Under the pieces are notes generated by a model. That model was not told where the DNA came from and made no database searches. It saw only the letters and a list, made by a program, of their open reading frames with translations. Made by a program: the position numbers and the translations under genes. A stretch of 64,000 nucleotides of DNA from Deltaproteobacteria bacterium (GTDB taxonomy: Bacteria; CG2-30-53-67). Below, piece by piece: positions 18,656 to 29,123 of the stretch. Each line of letters begins with the position of its first letter. Position 1 is the stretch's first letter. Where the stretch lies: assembly GCA_013151235.1 (NCBI GenBank), contig JAADIO010000055.1:39743-103742 (forward strand), given 5' to 3'.

Positions 18656-19936
18656 ATGTCGAACCGTTCCGAAGAACTCTTTGTCCAAGCACAGAAATTC
18701 ATCCCCGGCGGGGTCAACAGCCCGGTGCGGGCCTTCAAGTCGGTGGGAGGCAGTCCCGTTTTCATCGACCGATCCGAAGGAAGCCGGATCTTCGATGTGG
18801 AGGGCCGGGCCTATATCGACTACATCGGTTCCTGGGGACCGATGATCGTGGGACATTCCCATCCACGGGTCGTCGAAGCCCTCAAAAAAGCCATCGACAA
18901 GGGGACGAGTTTCGGCGCTCCGACGGTGTTGGAGACCGAACTGGCGCAGAGGGTGATCCAGGCCGTCCCCTCCGTGGAAATGGTCCGGATGGTCAACTCC
19001 GGCACGGAGGCAACGATGAGCGCCATCCGGGTTGCCCGGGGCTATACCGGACGGGACAAGATCATCAAGTTCGAGGGGTGCTACCACGGCCATGCCGACG
19101 GCCTGCTCGTTAAGGCCGGCTCCGGCGCCGCCACCTTCGGAGTCCCGACCAGTCCCGGCGTCCCCGCTGATTATGCAAGGAACACTCTCACCGCCCCCTT
19201 CAACAATCTTGAGGCCGTGGAGAAGCTCATCGCCGAAGAGGGAGACGATATCGCCTGCATCATCGTTGAGCCGTTGCCGGGAAACATGGGCGTCGTCCCC
19301 CCGAAGGCGGGTTTCCTGGAGGAACTCCGGAAGATCACGGCGGAAAAGGGGATCGTGCTGATCTTCGATGAAGTCATGTCCGGTTTCCGTGTCGCCTACG
19401 GCGGCGCCCAGGAACGCTTCGGGATTACACCCGATATGACGACCCTTGGAAAGGTGATCGGCGGCGGACTTCCCGTCGGCGCCTACGGCGGGAAGAAGGA
19501 GATCATGGAACAGGTCTCTCCTTCCGGCCCGGTCTACCAGGCCGGGACCCTCTCGGGGAATCCTCTCGCCATGACGGCCGGAATCGAGACCCTGAAGATC
19601 CTCTCCGAACCGGGCGTCTACGACCAATTAGAGGAGAAATCGACGAAGCTCTGCAAGGGGATCCGGGAGGCCTTTGCGGAAGCCGGTGTTCCCGCCTTCC
19701 ACACCCAGGTGGGTGCCATGTTCTGTACCTTCTTCAACAACGGGGAAGTGACCGACTACACCTCGGCGGCCCGATCCGACACGGAACGGTTCGGGAAGTA
19801 CTTCCATAACATGCTGGAACAGGGGATCAACCTGGCGCCGTCCCAGTTCGAAGCGGCCTTCATGTCTCTGGCCCACTCCGATGAGGATATTGCAAAGACA
19901 ATCGACGCCTGCCGGAAGAGCTTACGGAAACTTTGA
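18656..19936 (+). CDS. hemL: Glutamate-1-semialdehyde 2,1-aminomutase
   Basis: [52 protein letters not shown]. Confidence 0.97.
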   Translation: MSNRSEELFVQAQKFIPGGVNSPVRAFKSVGGSPVFIDRSEGSRIFDVEGRAYIDYIGSWGPMIVGHSHPRVVEALKKAIDKGTSFGAPTVLETELAQRVIQAVPSVEMVRMVNSGTEATMSAIRVARGYTGRDKIIKFEGCYHGHADGLLVKAGSGAATFGVPTSPGVPADYARNTLTAPFNNLEAVEKLIAEEGDDIACIIVEPLPGNMGVVPPKAGFLEELRKITAEKGIVLIFDEVMSGFRVAYGGAQERFGITPDMTTLGKVIGGGLPVGAYGGKKEIMEQVSPSGPVYQAGTLSGNPLAMTAGIETLKILSEPGVYDQLEEKSTKLCKGIREAFAEAGVPAFHTQVGAMFCTFFNNGEVTDYTSAARSDTERFGKYFHNMLEQGINLAPSQFEAAFMSLAHSDEDIAKTIDACRKSLRKL

Positions 19937-20116
19937 TGAAGTCGTAAAAAGTCACGAAGCCCTTCGACAGGCTCAGGACGAACGGTATAAGTGGTTGATA
20001 TTCCGTTCGTGTGGTTCGGCGAGCTTCCGAGCATGGTGAGCTTGCCGAACCACATGCTCGGTAGCTTGTCGAACCATAAACGGAATCCGGAAAATGACTT
20101 TTTACGAGACCATCAA
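19933..20116. mobile_element. MITE-like element family A, copy 2 (inverted, with an extra nested unit)
   Basis: TTGATGAAGTCGTAAAAAGTC...GACTTTTTACGAGACCATCAA; reverse complement aligns end to end with 17024-17184. Confidence 0.8.
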
Positions 20117-20239
20117 CTTTAAGCTGCAACACAAGACGATTCCCTTTCCTTTCACTGCCCTTTGCCCTCTGTCGGGGGGACGGTTTTTCTTCAACACTGT
20201 GCGCTGCATACTGAAAATACGGCCCTCGTAACGAACGGT

Positions 20240-23200
20240 ATGAACGAAGAGAAAAAACCGGATCAATCCACCTTCACGCCGGACCAGAAGCGGGCGATTC
20301 ACACCTTGGGACGGAATCTCTGTGTCTCCGCCGGAGCCGGGTCCGGAAAGACGACGGTCCTCGTAGAACGATTCCTCTATCTCCTCGAAGAAGGACAGTT
20401 CAAGATCAACGAAATTGCGGCGATCACCTTCACGGAAAAGGCCGCCGGCCAGATGAAGGAGAAGATCCGGAAGAAGCTACTGGATCGGATGGAGAGAGCA
20501 GCAACTCCGGAGGAACGCCGCCGCATGGAAACCCGTTACCGTGAGGCCGGCTCCGCATGGATTCACACAATTCACGGACTTTGCACCCGCATCCTAAAGG
20601 AACAGGCGGTCGCTGCCGGGATCGACCCCGGCTATCTGACCCTCGACGAAACGGAAACCCTCCTTCTTCTCCACAAGACACTGAAATCCTTTATCGTAAA
20701 CCGCCTGAATCAGGGGAAAGCGTCGATGGTGCGGCTTCTCTCCGCATACGGACTGGAGAAGACCCGGAAAATACTTACGGCCCTGGTTCAAAGGCGCGTC
20801 GATGCCGCCCCCTGGATCAATATCTATCTTAAACAATCCGATGAGGAGATCCTGCGCCCACTCTTCGAGACACGCAAAGATTTGGAGACGGAATTGAAAT
20901 CGCACATCGCCCGTCTCCGGGATTACGGGGCGGACGACCCGGCAGACCGGATGGAGCAAAACCGCGTGACGGCCCTTGCCCTCCCGGATACCGGTCCGCT
21001 CAACCCGGAAACACTGACCACCCTTCTGAAGATAGATCTTCGGGTAGGAAGCAAGAAGAAGTGGCTTTCCGGGGATCTTCCGGCCGTTAAAGCCCTGCTG
21101 AAAGAGATCAAAGACCGTGCGAAAGATCTTCTTCCCTTATACAGCGAGGAAGCAATACGGCGGGAGCCGGAACACTTCTCCGTGCCCTCTGCCGGGAACT
21201 GGATCCCTTGTTAGAGGAGTACTTGCGGGACAAGGCACAACTGGGGGTTCTCGACTTCGAGGATCTTCAGATCAAGACCCGGAACCTCCTCCGGGATCAT
21301 TCCGGAATCAGGGAACACTATCGGAAGAATTTCGCCACCCTCCTCGTAGATGAACATCAGGATACCGACCCCCTGCAGATGGAGATCATCGAACTCCTTG
21401 CCGGCGGGGAGGAAGGACGGATCTTCGTGGTCGGCGATGACAAGCAGTCAATTTATGGTTTCCGCGGCGCCGACGTGACCGTCTTCCGGGACTACCGGGC
21501 AAAGACGGCAAAGAACGGCGGGGGATGCCTGATCTCCCTGAAGACCAATTTCCGAAGCCAGGAAGAGATCCTTCGTTTCATCAATCATCTTTTTGGGAGG
21601 ATCTTCCCTTCCGGCAATGAAACGATCCCCTTTGAAGGTCTCGATCCCTTCCGGAAGAGTCTGCCCAATGAACACTTCATCGAATCCTGTCTGATTGCCG
21701 CAGCCAAGGAGGAGAAAAAAACCGCCGAGGAGATCCGTCAGGAAGAAGCCGCAGCCCTGGCGCTGAGAATCCGGAGCATGGTCGACAAGGGAGAGAAACG
21801 GATCCTCTCCGACGATGGAGAACCACGGGCTGTACAGTTCGGCGATATCGCCCTCCTCTTCCGGGCCATGACCGATGTCAGGATCTATGAAGATGCACTA
21901 CTTCAATACGGCATTCCCTTCACCGTGGTCAGCGGCGGCGGCTTTTTCAAAAAACAGGAGGTCCTCGACATCCTCAACTTTCTTCGCCTCCTCCTGAATC
22001 CGGAAAATGATGAGGCGCTGGCGGCTCTGCTACGAAGTCCTGCGGCCGGTGTCCGGGATGATACCCTCTACTTCATGACCCGGGGGCGGACCCTTTCATC
22101 GGGACTGACCGTTGCGGAAGCCCTTGACGGTATCGACGATTCGGAAAAGGCGATCCTGATCCGGACCCGGAAACTTCTCGAAGATTTTCGGCACATCAAA
22201 AACCGGGTTGAGATTCCCGAGCTGATCGGCGGTTTTCTTGATCGGACAGGCTACGGGGCCGCTCTGTTGGCCGACCCCGTTTATGGTCGACAACGCCATG
22301 CCAACCTGCAAAAACTAATGGACATGGGACGAGATTTTTCCGCCGGTCCTTTCTTCGGCCCGGCCGATTTCATCGATTACATCGACGAACTGATGGATCG
22401 AGAGACCCGGGAGGGGGAATCCCCTGTGGAGGAGGAAGGGGAAGATACCGTCAAGATTCTTTCGATCCATAAAGCCAAAGGGCTCGAATTCCCCGTCGTT
22501 ATTCTTCCCGATCTCGGCAGAAATGCCGGGGGACGCGGATCAGGTTTCGTTGCAGTTGACAGGCACCTCGGGATCGGGATCAAGATCCCCGATGGGACCG
22601 GCGGATGGTGCAGCGGGTTTCTCCGGAAACGGATCGAGGAGACCCGGGAAAAGGAAGAAATCGAAGAGGGGAAAAGACTCTTCTATGTCGCCGCCACAAG
22701 AGCGCGTGATTTCCTTGTTCTCTCCGGGCAGGTCAAGAGGTCGAAAAACCCGGGCCGGGAAGCCGCCCTTCCGATGGAGTGGCTCTGTGAGGCTCTCGGG
22801 ATCACCGAGGAAAACTGCCGGGAGGAGATCTCTTACGGAGGCCGGCAAATCCGGCCCATCACCCCACCCCGGAAACCGGCCTCGGAAGCAGCGGAAACAG
22901 TCCGCTGGATCGACCGCTTTCCGGAACTGCTCTCCGGAGAGATTCCTGATCTCTCCGGACAGATTGTCGATGAGGAGTTGGCGAAACAGGTCTTCAAGAA
23001 ACCCCGGTGCCGTCCCTCCCGCCGATTCACCGTCTCCCAACTGCTGCTGATCCGGAAGTGCCCCCGAATGTACGAACTGGCGACCCGTTTCGGAATCTCG
23101 GAACCTGAAGTAAAAATTCCGCCCCATGGGACCGGCGGAGAAGGAGGGCGGGAACGGGGCAGCCTGGTTCATCGCATTCTGCAACAATGGGACCTCCGTC

Positions 23201-23745
23201 GGGAAAACCTCTCCGGGACCCTTGACCTTGAACTGGCCCGCTCCGGGTACCCGGAAACCGATCAGCAGGCAATCCGATCGGAGATCACCCCCTGGCTGGA
23301 GGTTTTTGCCCAATCCGGGACGGCCGAGGAGATCCGCCGGTCCGGGCAGGCCTATGCCGAAATCCCCTTTTACCTTAATCTGCAGGGGTACCGGATTGAG
23401 GGGGTGATCGATAAACTCTATCGCGGCCCTTCCGGACGGCTGATGATCCTCGATTATAAAACCGACGGAATTTCAGCGGAGGAAATCGAGACCCGGGCGG
23501 CGGAATATCGTTTGCAGCTTTCCGCCTATGCCCTGGCCGTATACCGCCTCTTCGGGGAAGAGGTCGAAACGGCCCTCGCCTTTCTCCAGCCGGGAATCAT
23601 CCGCCCAATCGACCATGACCCCGGCCGGACGGAGATTGAAATCATCGAGACGATCCGGGCCATCGACGGGGTAAAGAGCCCTCTCGTGGAGCGGACCCGG
23701 TGTCTTAGCTGCGGATACAGGGAGTCCTTCTGTATGACGGGATGA
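20240..23745 (+). pseudogene. AddA-like UvrD helicase with a C-terminal PD-(D/E)XK nuclease, split by one frameshift near 21170 (pseudogene or sequence error)
   Basis: SAGAGSGKT, ITFTEKAA and TIHG in ORF1; VDEHQDT, VGDDKQSIYGFRGA, NFRS, SIHKAKGLEF, YVAATRA and GVID...DYK in ORF2. Confidence 0.85.
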
Positions 23746-23788
23746 ACCCCGAAGGAGAGACCTTCAGGTAGCTGATAAAAATCGTGAA

Positions 23789-24202
23789 ATGAGCGCAAAG
23801 AGAATGGAATTCGTATCCGCGAAGCAAAGATGGCCGTCCCTGAAGATTCGACTCGCCCGCTCATCCTTTCGAAGCCGGTTCCGGCTGGACCCGAAGGAGT
23901 TCGCGTACCTTGCCGACAAAGGGGATGAGATCATCCGCCGCCATGGTGAGGATTTCATACGGAACCGGCTCGCCCCGGCTTCCCCGAAAAATGACGGTCG
24001 GCAGACACCGATGAGAGGTCATCCCGTTTTCACGGCTCAGCATGCCACGGCCACCTGCTGCAGGAGCTGCCTGGCGAAGTGGCATGGAATCCCGAAGGGG
24101 GCCCCGCTGACCGATGCGGAGATCAACTATATCGTGGAGATCATCATGGCCTGGATCGGAGAACAGACAACGGATGGACAAGGAACGCTTATTCCGCAGT
24201 GA
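23789..24202 (+). CDS. DUF4186 family protein
   Basis: SFRSRFRL, RLAPA.PKNDGRQTPMRGHPVF.AQHATATCCR.CL.KWHGI. Confidence 0.9.
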   Translation: MSAKRMEFVSAKQRWPSLKIRLARSSFRSRFRLDPKEFAYLADKGDEIIRRHGEDFIRNRLAPASPKNDGRQTPMRGHPVFTAQHATATCCRSCLAKWHGIPKGAPLTDAEINYIVEIIMAWIGEQTTDGQGTLIPQ

Positions 24203-24851
24203 CAAAGGTGGAAAAACGGATCGCCTCAAGTTTCCGTGCAAGATGACGGGCATCTGCTTCACGGAGAAACCGGCCGATCCGTACCCGGTAATAGATTTTT
24301 CGGCCGTTGTCCCACCGGCGAAGATGGACATCCTTGAAACGTGAGGCAAGGGTCCGCTTCAGGGCCTGGGCATTTTCTTTGTGCAGGAAGGAACCGACCT
24401 GTACCGTAAAACGAAGGGGCGTGGGGACGGCTTTCCCCCCTCTCTTGTAATAGCGGTTGTCTCCGAGAGAGAGAATCTCCACCTTCACGGGAACCACACC
24501 CTCGTCCACCATGCCGAGGGCCTTGGCCGCCCCGTAGGAAAGATCAATGATCCGGCCCCGCACATAGGGCCCCCGGTCATTGATCCGTACCGTTACGGTC
24601 CGTCCGTTGTTCCGGTTGGTGACGCGGACCCGCGTCCCCAATGGGAGGGTCTTGTGGGCGGCCGAGATACCATACATATTGTAGACCTCACCGTTGGCGG
24701 TCCGCCGTCCGTGGAAGTCCTTTCCGTACCAGGAGGCGTTGCCGTACTCCACCCGGCGGCCCCCTTCAAGATGGATGCCGCCTCGATGGACGGCACACGC
24801 CCCGGAAAACCAGAACAGCAGGAAAACGAAAAGCAAACGCAGACGATACAC
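24189..24851 (-). CDS. rlpA: Septal ring lytic transglycosylase RlpA (lipoprotein, SPOR domain); start codon uncertain
   Basis: GNASWYG..FHGRRTANGE, AAHKTLPLG, RINDRGPY..GRIIDLS; SPOR motif VQVGSF; lipobox-like FSGAC. Confidence 0.9.
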   Translation of the reverse strand: MYRLRLLFVFLLFWFSGACAVHRGGIHLEGGRRVEYGNASWYGKDFHGRRTANGEVYNMYGISAAHKTLPLGTRVRVTNRNNGRTVTVRINDRGPYVRGRIIDLSYGAAKALGMVDEGVVPVKVEILSLGDNRYYKRGGKAVPTPLRFTVQVGSFLHKENAQALKRTLASRFKDVHLRRWDNGRKIYYRVRIGRFLREADARHLARKLEAIRFSTFVTAE

Positions 24852-24882
24852 CGGTCCGGGGCACCCGCCGGAAAGAGGGGGA

Positions 24883-26322
24883 TCAGAGGCCGATGATGTA
24901 TTTTTCATCTCCCTCCCCCAACTCGGCCATCTCTTCCTTCTGCTCTTCATAACCGGAGCGCCCCATGAGGGCATAGGTTGCGACTTTTCCGTCCTCCACA
25001 CCGGGCTGGTTGAGGGGATTGATCCGGTAGAGGCCGCCGGAGAAGACCGTCTGAATCTCATACATCATGAAGAGCTGGCCCAGAGTGAAGGGATTCAACT
25101 CTTTCAGCGTCAGGGTCAGGTTGGGACGTTTATGGCGGGTCAGGGCATAGCCCGTGGCCTGCTGTTCCGCATGGATCAACTCGTTGAGGGTATGGCCCCC
25201 CAAATAAGAGATCCCCTCCATTTCGGGATAGCTGTCCGGGATCTCCATTTTCTCCCGGAATTTTTCCAGGCCGAGAAAGGTGATCACCTTGTCGTTCGGT
25301 CCTTCCACATAGAGCTGAATCTGGGAATGCTGGTCCGTCGTCCCTAAAGATTTGACCGGTGTCTGCCCGGCAAAGACCTCCCGGCCGTCAAGGGCCTCCC
25401 GTTTCCCCAGACTTTCGGACCAGAGTTGACGATACCAGTCGGCAAAACCGTAGAGGGCATTGGAATAGGGCATCATCACGGAGATCCGCTTGCCCCGTTT
25501 GGCATTCAGGATATAGTGAATGGCCGCATTCAGGTAGGCCGGATTCTCCCGGAGTTTCACCTTGCGGCACCATCGCTCCATGAAGGCCGCACCGGCGAGA
25601 AGTTCCCGGATGTTGATCCCCGATACCGCAGCGGAGAGGAGACCCACGGGGGTCAGGACGGTGAAGCGTCCCCCCACACCGTCAGGAATCACCAGGCACG
25701 AATAACCTTCCCGGTCGGCAACCCGCTTCAGGTTTCCCCTGGAGGCGTCCGTCGTCACAATGATCCGATCCTGATGGTTCTCCCGCCCGACGGCATCAAT
25801 GAGGGCCTTCTGGCAGATCAGGAAATTGGCCATCGTCTCCGCCGTTCCGCCGGACTTTGTGATTACGTTGAAACAGGTCTTTTTCAGGTCCAGAATATCG
25901 AGCAGACCCCGCAGATTGTCCGGATCGACATTGTCCAGGACATAGATGCGCGGCGCCCGTTTACGCCCCGTCTTGGTCAACTCGTTGTAACGGGGATGGT
26001 TGAGCGCCTGGTGCAAAGAGGTATTCCCCAGTGCGGAGCCCCCGATCCCCAGGACCACGAAACTCTCACACCGTCTACGGACCCCCTTGGCAATTTCCAG
26101 AATACCCTTTACATCCTGATCCGGTAAATCCATGAACGGAAGTTTACCACTCGATTTTTTTTCCTTGATCTGCTGGTGAATCTCTTTGGCCTCCGACTGA
26201 AGGGACTCGATCTCTCCATCAAAGACCCCGTGTTCCTCACCCATGAACGAAGCCATGACATGATTATAGTCGAGACGGACCGCCATCTCCTGTTTCCAGA
26301 CCTTATTCTTATAGGAAATCAT
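24883..26322 (-). CDS. pgi: Glucose-6-phosphate isomerase
   Basis: GIGGSALG, TKSGGTAET, GGRFTV, QLWSESLGK, DQHSQIQ, QPGVE.GK; GGAGG RBS before 26322. Confidence 0.95.
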   Translation of the reverse strand: MISYKNKVWKQEMAVRLDYNHVMASFMGEEHGVFDGEIESLQSEAKEIHQQIKEKKSSGKLPFMDLPDQDVKGILEIAKGVRRRCESFVVLGIGGSALGNTSLHQALNHPRYNELTKTGRKRAPRIYVLDNVDPDNLRGLLDILDLKKTCFNVITKSGGTAETMANFLICQKALIDAVGRENHQDRIIVTTDASRGNLKRVADREGYSCLVIPDGVGGRFTVLTPVGLLSAAVSGINIRELLAGAAFMERWCRKVKLRENPAYLNAAIHYILNAKRGKRISVMMPYSNALYGFADWYRQLWSESLGKREALDGREVFAGQTPVKSLGTTDQHSQIQLYVEGPNDKVITFLGLEKFREKMEIPDSYPEMEGISYLGGHTLNELIHAEQQATGYALTRHKRPNLTLTLKELNPFTLGQLFMMYEIQTVFSGGLYRINPLNQPGVEDGKVATYALMGRSGYEEQKEEMAELGEGDEKYIIGL

Positions 26323-26445
26323 TCTGCCTCCCTTCAGGAGTTCTCTCGCCCCGGTTATTACGTACCCCACCACTTTGATGCCGGCAGTACGGATTCCGAT
26401 AGGATGAAAATGAGGTTATGTTGATATTGTGTGATATTATTGGAA

Positions 26446-26474
26446 AATGTACCACAGAAAAGAAGATGAATCAA
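26446..26474 (-). promoter_or_regulatory. Sigma70 promoter of pgi
   Basis: TTGATT-17 nt-TACATT. Confidence 0.55.
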
Positions 26475-26523
26475 GAAAGTAGCGCAAAAATATTACTTCC
26501 TGCAGAAATCCTCTGCGGGGAAA

Positions 26524-27357
26524 TCAAAACGTCAGGACATGGCCGCCCACCCCGACCCCCAGGCTCTCCGCCACGGGAAGGCATTTGGCCTTGAGGAGGA
26601 ACACAACTCCCGTCCGGATCCCGTAGAGGGTCTCGTAATGTCCCATCCCTTTGGCAATCACCAGGTCGGCACGATCCCAGACCTTTCGGAACTCGGCCGG
26701 TGCCTCTTTCAGTGGAAGACCGATCGACGCCACGGTATGGGGGACGATGGGCACCAGACCGGAGAAACCGAGACCTTCAAGATCGACAACGGTCGCATCG
26801 TTTAATATCGGCTCCGCCTTGGGGGAGACGATCACCTCCTTGCCCATTTTGAGAAGCTGTTCCACCAGGAGCAGGTCAAAAACAACCTCGCCGCAATTAT
26901 CGGTCAGGTAAAGGATCGTACGGACCTGCTCCACCTCCTGCCGAAAACGGTCAAAGTGATCGACGGCAAGCCCTTGCCGCAGTTCATCATCAAGAGTCTC
27001 CAGGGCATTCCGGGAACCGTCGACCCCGAAATCAATGGCATTACCGGCAATGGCCGCGCATACCGCGGAACGGAGCGTCAGCCCCTTTTCCCGGAGGGGG
27101 ATTGCAACCTCAGAGGCAATCCGGTTGCTCTTCTCCTTCAAAGCGGCGTAGGGATCCGTCCCTGTTTTTCCCCGGATCGTCCGGTGAATCAACGTTCCCA
27201 GTTCCGCCGGGATTTTCCCGGGGAAATCCCGTTGCAGCAGACCGAGGATCTCCTCCATCAGGGCAAGGCGTACCGCCGGATCCTCCACGGCCAGTTCCAC
27301 GGCATGGGTCGCCTGATCGATGAGACAGCGCACACAAAGGTAAGTCGGAGAAATCAT
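26524..27357 (-). CDS. DUF89/ARMT1-like damage-control phosphatase
   Basis: CxxC N-terminus, DPY...K, AGNAIDFG, YLTDNCGE..FD, PILNDAT, AKGMGHYETL, KAKC. Confidence 0.88.
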   Translation of the reverse strand: MISPTYLCVRCLIDQATHAVELAVEDPAVRLALMEEILGLLQRDFPGKIPAELGTLIHRTIRGKTGTDPYAALKEKSNRIASEVAIPLREKGLTLRSAVCAAIAGNAIDFGVDGSRNALETLDDELRQGLAVDHFDRFRQEVEQVRTILYLTDNCGEVVFDLLLVEQLLKMGKEVIVSPKAEPILNDATVVDLEGLGFSGLVPIVPHTVASIGLPLKEAPAEFRKVWDRADLVIAKGMGHYETLYGIRTGVVFLLKAKCLPVAESLGVGVGGHVLTF

Positions 27358-27608
27358 GATACGAAACAAACCTCATACCCCGGGATTCCGGAACCGTCAG
27401 GAGTAACACGGACTTCAGCCCCCAGTTTCAAAATTGAGTCATCATATCATAGCCTGTAATCCTGAAACAAGAGACAAACAGCCGACAATTCTTTGTCTGT
27501 TTTTTATCTTTACAACAGAGATGGTATAGATAATAATAACCGGATATGCATTTTCAGCGGTCACAATTTTAAGAGGTCCCGGCGTCAGGTATTCATGAGG
27601 AGAAAATC

Positions 27609-28160
27609 ATGTTAGATCCCAAAACGGTTACTTTATATACAGGCGGTCACAAAGGCACCGAAGAATATTTTGGAATATCCGCCGAAAAGTGGGGAATGAA
27701 AGAGGTGACCTTCAACTTTGAAGGACATGAAATCAACCGTCGGCGGGGATTGAAAATCCTGTCCGAGGAGGAACTCCTGCGTGGCGCCGTCGGCCCGGAC
27801 ATTATCCAGAAACGTATGGAACGTACATTCGCGACCACCCCCATCATGCAGAAAATATTTCAGATCCAGTTTCATATTATCAACAACGGTTATCAGGTTT
27901 TCGCTGTCGGCTGGTTATTGTCAAACGGAACGGTCAAAGGCGGCACCGGCTGGGGAGTGGAACTGGCAAAGTTATTCAACCGCCCGGTGCATCTCTTTGA
28001 GCAGGAGAGGAAGGAGTGGGTCTCCTGGGTCCACAATGAGTGGATCACGGAGGAACCCGTCATCGCACATAAAACACTGGCCATGACGGGGACACGATAT
28101 TTGAGCGAAGATGGCAAAGCTGCCATAGATCAGCTCTTCGAACGGTCGTTCAATGGTTAA
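27609..28160 (+). CDS. Conserved hypothetical protein with a possible SLOG-like nucleotide-binding fold
   Basis: GAGGAG RBS; TGGHKG and VKGGTGWGVELA glycine-rich loops; TGTR. Confidence 0.7.
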   Translation: MLDPKTVTLYTGGHKGTEEYFGISAEKWGMKEVTFNFEGHEINRRRGLKILSEEELLRGAVGPDIIQKRMERTFATTPIMQKIFQIQFHIINNGYQVFAVGWLLSNGTVKGGTGWGVELAKLFNRPVHLFEQERKEWVSWVHNEWITEEPVIAHKTLAMTGTRYLSEDGKAAIDQLFERSFNG

Positions 28161-28323
28161 TCGCTGTCGGAAGGACCCCGGCGGACCGGTTCCTGGCATT
28201 CACGACAGCCGTTCCACGGGTCGGGAGTAAGTCCGGATGGCGGAAAACCTCAGTCTCCCCTTCCCCTCGATCCGCACATCGACCGCAACGCCCTCCCGGA
28301 GGAGGGGAAGGCCGGAAGGGGGT

Positions 28324-29109
28324 CTACAGCTTGGGTCCGTTCTCGGAATAGAGGCTTTGATGGAAGTGCCGGGCAAAGCTCATGACAAAGAGGAGACTCT
28401 GCCGAACCTCGGGATCCCGGGCCGCTTTCCAGAGGGCCGGCAGCCCGGCCTTCTTCGGCTGATCTTTCATCTCCGCCATCGCTTCCTGTGCACTTTCCAC
28501 CGCCGCACCGATCAGGTCTTGAATCTGGGGGTTCATAAGACGGCTCACCAGATTCTCAAACATGCTCAACATCCGCTCGACGATGCTGTCGGTAAAGGCA
28601 TGCGTCGTCGAACCGAGAAACGTCGCCATCTGAGTCAGGACTTCCAGACTACCACTGTTAATCAACTCCTCAATCGCCGGCATCGCCCGCATTAGGTCCG
28701 CTTTTGCCAGTTCATCCAACAGGGCCATCATCGTTTCCATGTTTGCAGCCATCCGTGCAATGACGCTGTCTCCCATGGAGTTTTTGGCCGCACTGATGAA
28801 GAGGGCCACCTCCTTGAGATCATTCAGAGAGCCACTTTGGTACAACTCCGTCAGGGTCCGGACTGATTGCTGCACGGCCTGAAAGACTTCGGGCTTCGCC
28901 ACCTGATCGGCCAGAGCCGTCAGGGGCTCCATGATCGCGGCCATCCGCTCGATCATGGGGTCGGTTTGTGAATCCTTGTAGGCCTGAATCGCCCCGGCGA
29001 CCTCCGACAGAGTCTCCGCATGGTTCCGGAGACCATCGATGGAATTCGAACCGGCCTGCATCATCGTCGGTAGATCCGGTTCCCGTAGCTCTTTATTCTG
29101 CATGGACAT
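28324..29109 (-). CDS. DUF1641 domain protein
   Basis: Helical protein ending GLPALWKAARDPEVRQSLLF; directly downstream of the SQR-like gene. Confidence 0.8.
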   Translation of the reverse strand: MSMQNKELREPDLPTMMQAGSNSIDGLRNHAETLSEVAGAIQAYKDSQTDPMIERMAAIMEPLTALADQVAKPEVFQAVQQSVRTLTELYQSGSLNDLKEVALFISAAKNSMGDSVIARMAANMETMMALLDELAKADLMRAMPAIEELINSGSLEVLTQMATFLGSTTHAFTDSIVERMLSMFENLVSRLMNPQIQDLIGAAVESAQEAMAEMKDQPKKAGLPALWKAARDPEVRQSLLFVMSFARHFHQSLYSENGPKL

Positions 29110-29123
29110 ATCGTGCCTCCCTC

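Noticed and set aside
17024-20116. CRISPR array
   Set aside because: No regularly spaced direct repeats with unique spacers and no cas genes; these are palindromic MITE-like elements
21150-21214. Programmed ribosomal frameshift in the AddA-like gene
   Set aside because: No X-XXY-YYZ heptamer or homopolymer run at the junction; an indel is more parsimonious
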